Positions 18,670-26,790 of a stretch of 56,999 nt of DNA are shown here, piece after piece (the stretch's first letter is position 1; each line of letters opens with the position of its first letter). The notes under the pieces are model-generated. The model saw nothing but the letters and a program-made list of their open reading frames with translations. It was not told where the DNA came from and ran no database searches. The stretch is taken from the NCBI GenBank assembly GCA_964520225.1, contig CAZFNV010000005.1, forward strand, positions 1 to 56,999, given 5' to 3'. The translations under genes were made by a program, and so were the position numbers. This DNA is from an uncultured Candidatus Saccharibacteria bacterium (lineage in GTDB: Bacteria > Patescibacteriota > Minisyncoccia > Phycocordibacterales > UBA9973).

Positions 18670-18986
18670 TAGATGATACTTTTTTTAGCTACTTCTTTAA
18701 TTGCGTTAGCAATTTTTTCTAAATGAGTTTCGATTAACTGATTTGTAATTGATAGAGTATGGCATTTACTTTGGTCGGAATAATAAACACGGTTAAAGTC
18801 AAAAATAATTTGGAGTGGATTCGTGTAATGTTGTAAACCGTTAACTTCTATGTTCATAGGAACATCAGGGAGAAAAATATCTACATGCTTGTGCCCATCC
18901 CAGTATTCAAGCTGAGTTTTAATTCCTCGCTTATTTAATTCTTCAGCGAGTTTGAGAGTTTGTTTAGTTGAAATTATTTTTGGCAT
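18666..18986 (-). CDS. DUF559/Vsr-like small endonuclease-fold protein
   Basis: 106 aa; HVDIFLPDVPMNIEVNGLQH follows the DUF559 pattern (vDf...l.iEvDG..H). It overlaps the Dam gene's 3' end by 4 nt, convergently. Confidence 0.45.
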   Translation of the reverse strand: MPKIISTKQTLKLAEELNKRGIKTQLEYWDGHKHVDIFLPDVPMNIEVNGLQHYTNPLQIIFDFNRVYYSDQSKCHTLSITNQLIETHLEKIANAIKEVAKKSIIY

Positions 18987-19076
18987 AGACGCAAAAAGCC
19001 CATCACGGGTAGAGACCGAAGTCTCTCGTATTCGTTTCTAGATCTTGCTGGAACCCCAGGGCCCGCTCCGCATTCT

Positions 19077-19227
19077 CCCCCGTCTCAAAAATTTTCCGTC
19101 GAAAATTTTTGGACTGGGCACCTGCTCGTGGATTTTTATTGCTATAAAAATCACACTCCGCCGTTCTCGTCCTAGTCGCAGGCAAAGCAGTTTGCCTGCT
19201 TCTCCCATCCCGCCTACGGCGTGCTGG
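19077..19227. repeat. Repeat copy B: the same two blocks as copy A, split by a 76-nt GC-rich insert with extra hairpins
   Basis: 19077-19110 matches 15550-15583. 19187-19227 is identical to 15588-15628. The insert contains GTGGATTTTTAttgcTATAAAAATCAC and the palindrome gcaggcaaaGCAGtttgcctgc. Confidence 0.85.
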
Positions 19228-19281
19228 GTGTCTGGGATTGTATCCGAACGGAATTGTTGATAAATAAGGTTTAAAACTACT

Positions 19282-20385
19282 TTATACTCCAGACTTAGTT
19301 CGATTATCTTGTTTACATAACATCTGGCAATTTTCGGCTATAGTTTTTCCTCCTTCGTGCCATGGATTGATATGATCAGCTTCCATTTCTCCAATTGCAA
19401 ATTCCTTTTTACACACAGGACAAATACCATTTTGTCGTTCGTATGCTTCTCGCTTCATATTTGGTGTAAACGCTCGAATAGAGAGATATCTTTCTTTTCT
19501 AGTAAGCACATAAGGATAAATACCAGATTTTTTTGTTACATCTTCATTTTGCATTAATTCTTTAATTTCTTTTTCTAATTTTTTTGAATCAAGTTTTTTA
19601 TCCTTAAATGCATTGTAAAGTTCACCCCAATTTACACTAGACATCTCTTTTCTATAATTTGGAAAAGTTTCCCGCACCCAATGAATTACATTTTGAAAAT
19701 ATTTCCATAATGCGTCTGCGTTTTTATCATGCTGATGTTTTGCCATATAATCTTCTATCTTTTCATTATTTATCCACGATAAAGCAGTTTCTAGGTATTC
19801 TTGTCGAATAGGAGAACCTGTTATTAATTGTCCACCATCATTTGATAGTAAATATGCCACACAATTTGATTTACTAAATTTCAATTTTGCATCAGAAAGC
19901 CATGGGCCAGTATATACGGCATTTCTTAATTCTTGGTCAGTTAGTTTTTCACCAGCAATATTAATAATTTTAAACCAGTCAAGTTTTTCCTTATCGTTTC
20001 CTTCACAATGGTAAATCATAAGATCATAATTCATAATCTGATTTTGTTCTTCTTTGGTTAAATTATGAAACATTGCTATTCGTCCATTAAATTCAATAGA
20101 AAAATCTCCATTTACATATTGAGCGATACTGATTGTTCGTTGTTGTCCATCAAGCACTTCAAAATTACCATCTTCTTTCTTAACCCAATACATAACATTA
20201 AGCGGAAAACCATTTTTGATAGTATTTATCACTTCATCTCGTTGTTTTCCGCTATATACAAACTCTCTTTGGTATTTTGGGCGAATATCTAACTTACCAC
20301 CAAAAGCAGATACGCCTTCCTCGGCACTATCTTTATAGTTCTTAATAACTTCTGAAATTTTTATTTTATGTAAATTTATTTCCAT
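19282..20385 (-). CDS. DUF262 (ParB-like, GmrSD N-domain) fused to an HNH nuclease
   Basis: IRPKYQREFVY...FEVLDGQQRTISI is the DUF262 DGQQR box. The C-terminal CPVCKKEF...EADHINPWHEGGKTIAENCQMLCKQDNRTKS is the HNH. Confidence 0.8.
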   Translation of the reverse strand: MEINLHKIKISEVIKNYKDSAEEGVSAFGGKLDIRPKYQREFVYSGKQRDEVINTIKNGFPLNVMYWVKKEDGNFEVLDGQQRTISIAQYVNGDFSIEFNGRIAMFHNLTKEEQNQIMNYDLMIYHCEGNDKEKLDWFKIINIAGEKLTDQELRNAVYTGPWLSDAKLKFSKSNCVAYLLSNDGGQLITGSPIRQEYLETALSWINNEKIEDYMAKHQHDKNADALWKYFQNVIHWVRETFPNYRKEMSSVNWGELYNAFKDKKLDSKKLEKEIKELMQNEDVTKKSGIYPYVLTRKERYLSIRAFTPNMKREAYERQNGICPVCKKEFAIGEMEADHINPWHEGGKTIAENCQMLCKQDNRTKSGV

Positions 20386-20386
20386 A

Positions 20387-21556
20387 TTATTTTTGTGGTT
20401 TTTTATTTTTAATTAAAATTCTCATATAAACAACTTTTAATTCGCCATTTACATTAACAACTGGACCCCTATTAAGGTCATTATAATTTTTCGCATCTTC
20501 TATTGTATAAGTTTTTGTTCTTACACCTTCAGAGTTTTGTCTATCTGCTATCCAAATTATTTCAAACTGATCTGGGTTATATTTATCAAGAAAAGTAATT
20601 GGTACACCAATAACACCCTCATAATCCATTGGAATATCTGAAACTTTATTTACATTTATCGCTTCGTAGTTATCATACTTCGGATATTCTTTTGATGAAT
20701 ATTTTTTATAAAAAACCAAGTTTTCATGTCGCTTACCCGTATCAAGATTTGTATACCAATTTACTGCTGGAACTTTAACATACCCATCATTCGGGTTATA
20801 GCCTTTCCCTTTAACAAATTGCTTGTTGGCTTCAAGATCATTACTATAAGGAGTTTTATATACCATTGACATATTGAAACCATAACCAGACCATAATTTA
20901 TTTTCTTTTATCAATCTAAAAACTTCTTTATATGTAATTGCGTTCATATTTCCTAAAATTAAAAACTTCTTATTATATTCAATTAATTGAGCAACGTATT
21001 CTCTAAACAATGAAAATGGAGGATTGGTTACCACAATATCTGCTTGTTTTAAAAGCTCAACACTTTCTGGACTTCGAAAGTCTCCATCACCTTCCATTGG
21101 TGACCATTCGTTATTTTTATTTGATTTAAGTTGTTCAGCAATATCTCGCAAATCAAAAGCTCCATCGCCATCGAGATCATGAACTTCATTTATAATAAAT
21201 TTATTAGCATTCACTTTTGGGCGACCTTTTGGCGTACTAAGTGTTTTATTGTCACCAAATAATCCTAGTTGAGTATTAGCAATCGGTGATGGCTTGTAAC
21301 TCGTAGCGATAAGTTTCTTCAAACCTAAAGCATTAAAATTTGAGGCAAAATATTTAAAAAAATTACTTTCAAAAGGATCATCACAATTGCAATATACTAC
21401 CTTATTGCGAAACTGATCTTTGTAATGTTTTAACTCTTTTTCAATATCAACAAGCTGGGTATAAAACTCATCTTTTTTTGCTTGGTTAGCTTTGTGTAAG
21501 TTTTTGTTTGAAGATTTACTTTTCGTATTTTTAGCCATAAACCTATTATAACTCAA
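20387..21556 (-). CDS. N6-adenine DNA methyltransferase, M.EcoRI family
   Basis: As I recall M.EcoRI, the match runs along the length: KKDEFYTQLVDIEKEL, VVYCNCDDPFESNFFKYF, GDGDFRSPES, IVVTNPPFSLFREY, YPKYDNYEAINVNK, GVPITFLDKYNPDQFEI. Confidence 0.8.
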   Translation of the reverse strand: MSYNRFMAKNTKSKSSNKNLHKANQAKKDEFYTQLVDIEKELKHYKDQFRNKVVYCNCDDPFESNFFKYFASNFNALGLKKLIATSYKPSPIANTQLGLFGDNKTLSTPKGRPKVNANKFIINEVHDLDGDGAFDLRDIAEQLKSNKNNEWSPMEGDGDFRSPESVELLKQADIVVTNPPFSLFREYVAQLIEYNKKFLILGNMNAITYKEVFRLIKENKLWSGYGFNMSMVYKTPYSNDLEANKQFVKGKGYNPNDGYVKVPAVNWYTNLDTGKRHENLVFYKKYSSKEYPKYDNYEAINVNKVSDIPMDYEGVIGVPITFLDKYNPDQFEIIWIADRQNSEGVRTKTYTIEDAKNYNDLNRGPVVNVNGELKVVYMRILIKNKKPQK

Positions 21557-21582
21557 AAGGATATATAAAACTAAAGAAGAAT

Positions 21583-23022
21583 TTATTTATTAATTCCTAA
21601 CGTTTTCTTTGCTTTTTGTATAAAAATACTCATTTCTTTATCGTTTTCATAAGTATCTATAAAATCTTTTAAGATTATACTCCCTTTTTGCTTATCTTTT
21701 TTAAGGTATGTTACGAACCCTTCAATAAATATGAGATAAGGGTAAAAATTGGTTTTTTTTCTTCGCTCAATAAACTCAAAAACAGAATCAATTGATCCTT
21801 TTGACAATGAACCTCTTCTTAAAGCCTCATCATACAATTCAATTCCAGACTGAAATTTTTTATCTCGTTCAATTTTAAGAAATGCCTTACTTAATTTAAA
21901 GGATGCATCTTGTGGGTAGCGAGAAGCTTCTTCTAGGTGAGAATCAACTTTTTGTTCATACCCAGCACCTTTTAGGTAATAGTGGTGTGCTAAACTTAAG
22001 TTAGCATAATAATAATTCGGTTTGAATTCTAATGATTTCTCTTGATATTTTATGGCTTCATCAATATTGCCTTGACTGTAATAAAAACCGCCTATTAAAT
22101 TATTTTCTATTGCTAATAATTCTTTAGTTCTTGATAAGAGAGTTTTAAGATAGTATTCAGTTATACACCTAGGCTCTAATATTTGTAATAATCTTTCATG
22201 GTATTTCATAGCAACACCAACTTGTCCTGATACATATGCGGAAGAACCAAGAGAAAATAATATATTTTCTCTTATATTATCAGTAACTACTTCTAGTGCT
22301 CTCATCTCTTCTGCTACTGGGAAATCCCAAGGTTGAGTAATTAAAAAACTTGTAAATTCTTTACCCAAGTCTTCGCTAGTTTTTATATTGATTGGTTTGT
22401 GTTTTACGACATAATTAGGCTCTAGTTTGTAAAATTCCTTACCACCCTTGGATGATTTTTTTACTGATCCAAATAAAATAAAATTCCATTTTATTTTATC
22501 CATATTGACTTTCCATCTAGATTTTTTAAAGAGAGGATTCCAGAATTTATCTTTTTCCCTAATAATCTTTCTACTTTTATATTCATCCAACGATATAACA
22601 TGGAAAATATCTCCAAATCCTACATTACTAAGTGTGTCATCAATTTCTTTATAAATTTTAAAAATAAAAGATTTTGATTCCTTGTCCTCATATTTATTTG
22701 ATATCCCTATGTATACACCGACTTTATTTTTTGGGGTTTTTGGATATTTTATTTTTTGAAAAATTATTAAAAATAATAATAACCATATTAATGAAATTCC
22801 CCATAAATAAGTAAAGGTAATGTTGCTAGAAATATTACTTTGCAAAAAAATTTTATTTATCGTTACTGCTTCATGAAAAGTGGCTATAAAAGGAATAGAA
22901 AGTATACTTGTAAGTAAAATCACACCTAATGGTTTTTGCCAGTTATCTAAAAGCCATTGTTTTACATAAGTAAAAACAAAATCTTCTGCTTCTTTTTCTG
23001 TTCTCTTAAATATTCCGATCAT
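21583..23022 (-). CDS. Membrane-anchored TPR-repeat protein, function unknown
   Basis: 479 aa with two N-terminal TM segments and an unassigned central domain. The C-terminal repeats are TPR-like (GGFYYSQGNIDEAIKYQEKSLEFKPNYYYANLSLAHHYY). Confidence 0.55.
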   Translation of the reverse strand: MIGIFKRTEKEAEDFVFTYVKQWLLDNWQKPLGVILLTSILSIPFIATFHEAVTINKIFLQSNISSNITFTYLWGISLIWLLLFLIIFQKIKYPKTPKNKVGVYIGISNKYEDKESKSFIFKIYKEIDDTLSNVGFGDIFHVISLDEYKSRKIIREKDKFWNPLFKKSRWKVNMDKIKWNFILFGSVKKSSKGGKEFYKLEPNYVVKHKPINIKTSEDLGKEFTSFLITQPWDFPVAEEMRALEVVTDNIRENILFSLGSSAYVSGQVGVAMKYHERLLQILEPRCITEYYLKTLLSRTKELLAIENNLIGGFYYSQGNIDEAIKYQEKSLEFKPNYYYANLSLAHHYYLKGAGYEQKVDSHLEEASRYPQDASFKLSKAFLKIERDKKFQSGIELYDEALRRGSLSKGSIDSVFEFIERRKKTNFYPYLIFIEGFVTYLKKDKQKGSIILKDFIDTYENDKEMSIFIQKAKKTLGINK

Positions 23023-23051
23023 GTAATAATTTTTACTTTTTTACATTAATT

Positions 23052-24131
23052 TTAATCTTTTTCTTCTTTTTTCTTTTCATTTTTTCTTTCAGCTTTTAAT
23101 TTAAGTTTCATACCAGAAATTTCTAATACTTGAGATGCAGAAATAAATGCGGGATTATTCATCATTTTTAAACCTTCCACAAAACCTTTTGATTGTTCTT
23201 GGGTCGGCTCTCCTTTAACGATAGGATCAAGAAGGGTTTTTGTTATAGAAAATGTGTCATAAAAAAATGAGATGAAAGGATCGTGCCTTGCATCTTTAAA
23301 AGCATCCTCTGTAAAATACTTAACTGCTTCATCAAGACCCAAGAAAAGAATCTTGTCATTGTGATTATTTAAAATCTTAATTCCTTTTTTCTCAAAACTA
23401 GAGATGTAATTGGGTACATTTTGATTAATGTAATTTATGATATACCAACCCCAATCTTCCAATAAAATTTCATTTATTATTCCTGTGTCAGTAATGTAGA
23501 CTTTTTTACTTAACATACTTAAAGTTTTACCCATGTTCGTTTCATTTTCTGGTTCAGAAAAAATTTTAAAAACACCAATAGCCATACAAGTAAGTAATAG
23601 TTTCGGTTGAATGGTATTCAGTTTACTGAATTGTTCTTGAAATTCTTTAACATCTTCTTTCGGAATTTTATCTGATATTTCAATCTCGGCTTTAATCACA
23701 TCAATTGTATTATCTAAAATGTCTCCTTGTATAACCATAGTTCCCCAATCTTCTTCGTCTATGATTTTGTGCAATACGCTTTTATAAAGATTGGCAATAA
23801 ATAAATTATTACTTTCATTATCTTTTAAACCAAACTTAACTGCATATCTAGAAAAATTTCTTTCAATATTTTCTTTTTTGATTTGTGGTTCTTTTTTACC
23901 ACACTCACCCCTACAATCTAAATCACAACGATAATTTCTGTCTGAAACTCTAAGATAATGTTTTGATGAAGCAAATCTCAAAACACCCTTTTTAAAGAAG
24001 GGCGGTTTTGTTATTTCGTATGGTATTGTTTTTGGTTCTTTTTTCATTCCGCAAATAATATCCTTATTTTTTAAGGTTTTTGAAATTTTTCCTAAATTTC
24101 CGTCAAACCCCTCTTGGTATCGTATTCGCAT
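23052..24131 (-). CDS. Hypothetical protein (359 aa), Cys cluster near the N-terminus
   Basis: Long clean ORF containing CDLDCRGEC. No family was recognised. The true start may be the ATG at 24047 (MKKEPK), because the ATG at 24131 overlaps the divergent ATG at 24130. Confidence 0.45.
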   Translation of the reverse strand: MRIRYQEGFDGNLGKISKTLKNKDIICGMKKEPKTIPYEITKPPFFKKGVLRFASSKHYLRVSDRNYRCDLDCRGECGKKEPQIKKENIERNFSRYAVKFGLKDNESNNLFIANLYKSVLHKIIDEEDWGTMVIQGDILDNTIDVIKAEIEISDKIPKEDVKEFQEQFSKLNTIQPKLLLTCMAIGVFKIFSEPENETNMGKTLSMLSKKVYITDTGIINEILLEDWGWYIINYINQNVPNYISSFEKKGIKILNNHNDKILFLGLDEAVKYFTEDAFKDARHDPFISFFYDTFSITKTLLDPIVKGEPTQEQSKGFVEGLKMMNNPAFISASQVLEISGMKLKLKAERKNEKKKEEKD

Positions 24132-24275
24132 GTTATCGTTTAGTCAATTATTAGTCGAACGTATCCAAAAGTATTTCAAAAGGAAATATAACTTGGATAT
24201 TTCTGATGAAACAGCAAATGAATACCTGCATACGTTGGGCGGTATGTTTGCTGTATTTGCTGAAAGTGAGGGAAA

Positions 24276-24313
24276 GCCCCCGCCCGATTCCCTTTATGGG
24301 GACGGGCGGGGGC
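24276..24313. other. 11-bp GC hairpin, candidate replication origin / nick-site hairpin for the adjacent Rep
   Basis: GCCCCCGCCCG-attccctttatgggga-CGGGCGGGGGC, about 80 nt upstream of the Rep start. It is the only GC-rich patch in this AT-rich stretch. Confidence 0.4.
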
Positions 24314-24391
24314 AACCTCCACGCTCTCCCTGACTTGATAGTTGCCTTATATTAGACGACTAAGAATTATAAGACTTAATACTAAAGTTTT

Positions 24392-25309
24392 ATGGGCTAT
24401 AACAAATTTATTAGAAGTGGTAACCAATTAGAATTATATGAATATGAAAAAGATTTACCAATACGACGAACTCAACGAAAACGAAAGATTTTTCGTGGAC
24501 AATCAGTCGGAACTAGAACCTTCATTGGAAGATCAGAAGAAGGCACAGATACGCTTAGAGAAATTCTTGGCGGAGGAAGGATTCAAGACGAAAGAGAAAC
24601 AATTTCTTCCAGAGAAAGGGATATACATAGTGAGAATATTTCTTCTAGCGGAACAGATACACTTCAACTTCAACAATTTGCACAAAAGAAACAGCAGAAA
24701 CGCAGAGATAACGCACAACGCTCTGGAATGGCTTTTAGAAGAATCGTCTGTTCTAACCTTGAACCAACTGAAAACCCTTTACTCATTACTCTTACCCACA
24801 AAGAAAATCTCGGAGATATTTCCGAAAGCAACAGATTGTTTAAACTTTTTATCCAGCGTGCGAGAATTAAATACGGTAGAACGTTCCGCTACATTGCCGT
24901 ACCGGAATTTCAACGACGTGGTGCTGTTCATTATCACGCTTTGTTCTGGGGGCTACCTATTGAACTATACTATCGAGAACGGCAAACTCGTGAACTTGCT
25001 AACATCTGGGGAAACGGATTTACCGACATTGTTTTAACTGATGGAAATGAAAAACTTTCTTCTTACTTAGCAAAATATATGATTAAAAATTTACAAGATG
25101 AACGTTTATGGAATCAGAAAGTATATTTTTGTTCTCGTAATATTAAACGTCCAGTAATAGTAAGCGGTTTTGAGACTTTTAGGTTTATCGAGAAAGACTA
25201 TAATTTAGAAGCTCTTACTCCCGTTTTGGAGAGAAAATATGATACTCAATGGCTAGGCGAAGGTCGATATAGATTATTTGATGCTTCCAATTTAAAAAAT
25301 TTAGAGTAA
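24392..25309 (+). CDS. rep: HUH rolling-circle replication initiator (Rep_1/pC194-like)
   Basis: Motif 1 LLITLTHKEN, motif 2 GAVHYHALFWG (HUH), motif 3 SSYLAKYMIKN (catalytic Tyr), in the canonical order. Confidence 0.7.
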   Translation: MGYNKFIRSGNQLELYEYEKDLPIRRTQRKRKIFRGQSVGTRTFIGRSEEGTDTLREILGGGRIQDERETISSRERDIHSENISSSGTDTLQLQQFAQKKQQKRRDNAQRSGMAFRRIVCSNLEPTENPLLITLTHKENLGDISESNRLFKLFIQRARIKYGRTFRYIAVPEFQRRGAVHYHALFWGLPIELYYRERQTRELANIWGNGFTDIVLTDGNEKLSSYLAKYMIKNLQDERLWNQKVYFCSRNIKRPVIVSGFETFRFIEKDYNLEALTPVLERKYDTQWLGEGRYRLFDASNLKNLE

Positions 25310-25323
25310 TATCTTTAGTAATT

Positions 25324-26790
25324 ATGAAATACATTATTTACTGCCGAAAATCACAAGAAAACGAAGATAGACAAGTAATGTCTTTGGAATCTCAAGAATC
25401 TGAAATGTTGCAAATTGCTAAGAAAAATAATTTGGAAGTTTTAGAAATTCTCCACGAAAGCAAATCAGCAAAATCTTTAGGTCGTCCCGTTTTTGCTAAA
25501 ATGATGGACACAATTAAAAAAGGAAAAGCTCAAGGAATTATTTGTTGGAAACTTGATCGTCTCGCAAGAAATTTTATTGATGGTGGTTTAATTATTGATT
25601 CTCTACAAAAAGGAATTATTAAAGAAATTCGCACTTATGAATCCGTCCATTTTCCAAATGAAACTGTTTTTCTTTTGGCTATGCAATTCGGAATGGCTAA
25701 TCAGTACAGCCGAGATTTATCTACAAATGTTAAACGCGGAAATCGGGCAAAATTAGAAAAGGGTGAATGGCCTAATCATGTTCCACTTGGATATTTGAAT
25801 GACAAAGCTACTAAGACAGCCAAGATAGATAAAAAGTTTGCCCCGTATGTTGTGCGTGCGTATGAACTATATTTAACTGGTGGTTATACTCTTCCTCAAA
25901 TTTCACAAATTTTATATGACGAAGGTTTAAGAACTAAAACAGGTGGTATGTGTCGCTCGAATCAAATTCATAGATTTTTTATAAATCGTTTTTATTGCGG
26001 AATGATGGAACGAGACGGAAAAGTTTATAACGGAAATCATAAAGCCATTGTTTCTATTTCTCAATTTAATCAAGCTCAAGAAATTTTACATAATAGACAA
26101 CACCCACACCCTAAGAAATATTTTTACTCTGCTCAAGGATTTTTAAAATGTGAAAATTGTGGTTGTTCTTTAACTGTTGATACAAGGAAAGGACATCAAT
26201 ATTATTATTGCACTAACGGCAAAGGTAACTGCGAAGAACATAGATCTTATATGCGATCTGAATATGTAGATGAGATTTTATCTGAAATGTTTAAAGTCCT
26301 TGCATTTGATAAGGAAATTATTGAAATTTCATACCAAGCATATAAAGAGTTAAATATGCAGAAAGCGGACTACGTGGATACCAGTAAAGATAACCTCTTA
26401 AACGAGCTAAATGGGCTTCTAGACAAGGAATCTCTCCTTGTAGATAGTTATACTTCCCAAGTGCTTAGGAAAGAATTATACGAGCAAAAAATGCTTGAGA
26501 TTGATAATAGGCGAACTGAATTAAATAAACAATTGAAAGAAATTGAACTGAAGGGTGCTTTATCTGAATCTACTCTCGAACAGATCAAAAAGGTATTTTT
26601 AGATGGAAATACAGCGTCAGAAAAGTATTTGACGTTAAATGATTATGAAAAGAGAAAGATGCTAGAAAAGTTACTCTCGAACGCAACATTCAAAAGTAAA
26701 AATATTGTTAATTATCAATTCAAAAAGTTGTTTTCTCCTATGGCAAATACACCTAAAAATTGTGATTTGCCGACTCTGCTGGGAGACTAG
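25324..26790 (+). CDS. Large serine recombinase (integrase)
   Basis: The N-terminal resolvase domain is YCRKSQENEDRQVMSLESQ...DRLARN. It is followed by a recombinase domain, a Cys zinc ribbon (CENCGCSL...YYCTNGKGNCEEH) and a coiled-coil tail. Confidence 0.9.
   Translation: MKYIIYCRKSQENEDRQVMSLESQESEMLQIAKKNNLEVLEILHESKSAKSLGRPVFAKMMDTIKKGKAQGIICWKLDRLARNFIDGGLIIDSLQKGIIKEIRTYESVHFPNETVFLLAMQFGMANQYSRDLSTNVKRGNRAKLEKGEWPNHVPLGYLNDKATKTAKIDKKFAPYVVRAYELYLTGGYTLPQISQILYDEGLRTKTGGMCRSNQIHRFFINRFYCGMMERDGKVYNGNHKAIVSISQFNQAQEILHNRQHPHPKKYFYSAQGFLKCENCGCSLTVDTRKGHQYYYCTNGKGNCEEHRSYMRSEYVDEILSEMFKVLAFDKEIIEISYQAYKELNMQKADYVDTSKDNLLNELNGLLDKESLLVDSYTSQVLRKELYEQKMLEIDNRRTELNKQLKEIELKGALSESTLEQIKKVFLDGNTASEKYLTLNDYEKRKMLEKLLSNATFKSKNIVNYQFKKLFSPMANTPKNCDLPTLLGD

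Larger units (their letters stand above)
14210..26790. mobile_element. Integrated genomic island / integrative rolling-circle element at tRNA-Gln
   Basis: There is a sharp visible drop in GC between about 14.2 and 26.8 kb. The right end carries a large serine recombinase whose stop codon overlaps the tRNA-Gln 3' end. An HUH Rep and a GC hairpin lie beside it. The cargo is a toxin-antitoxin pair plus restriction/methylase-like genes. The left edge is approximate. Confidence 0.55.

Noticed and set aside
15550-19227. Self-cleaving ribozyme or retron ncRNA interpretation of the repeat copies
   Set aside because: There is no CUGAUGA/GAAA hammerhead core, no twister AAGC..GCCCG pattern and no HDV-like nested P1/P2 pairing that I could build. 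No reverse transcriptase gene lies nearby. They are kept as repeats of unknown nature.
20387-21556. GAATTC avoidance as evidence for the specificity of the M.EcoRI-like methylase
   Set aside because: GAATTC sites are readily visible in the backbone (for example 896-901 and 1365-1370). No depletion is obvious by eye, and a proper count against expectation is needed.
24438-25037. 199-aa ORF in the +1 frame overlapping the N-terminal half of Rep
   Set aside because: Its 3' half is simply the wrong frame across the conserved Rep motifs. The Rep frame shows the expected N-terminal SGNQLELYEYE and basic RRDNAQRS segments. A short overprinted gene in the first 300 nt or so cannot be excluded, but nothing supports it.
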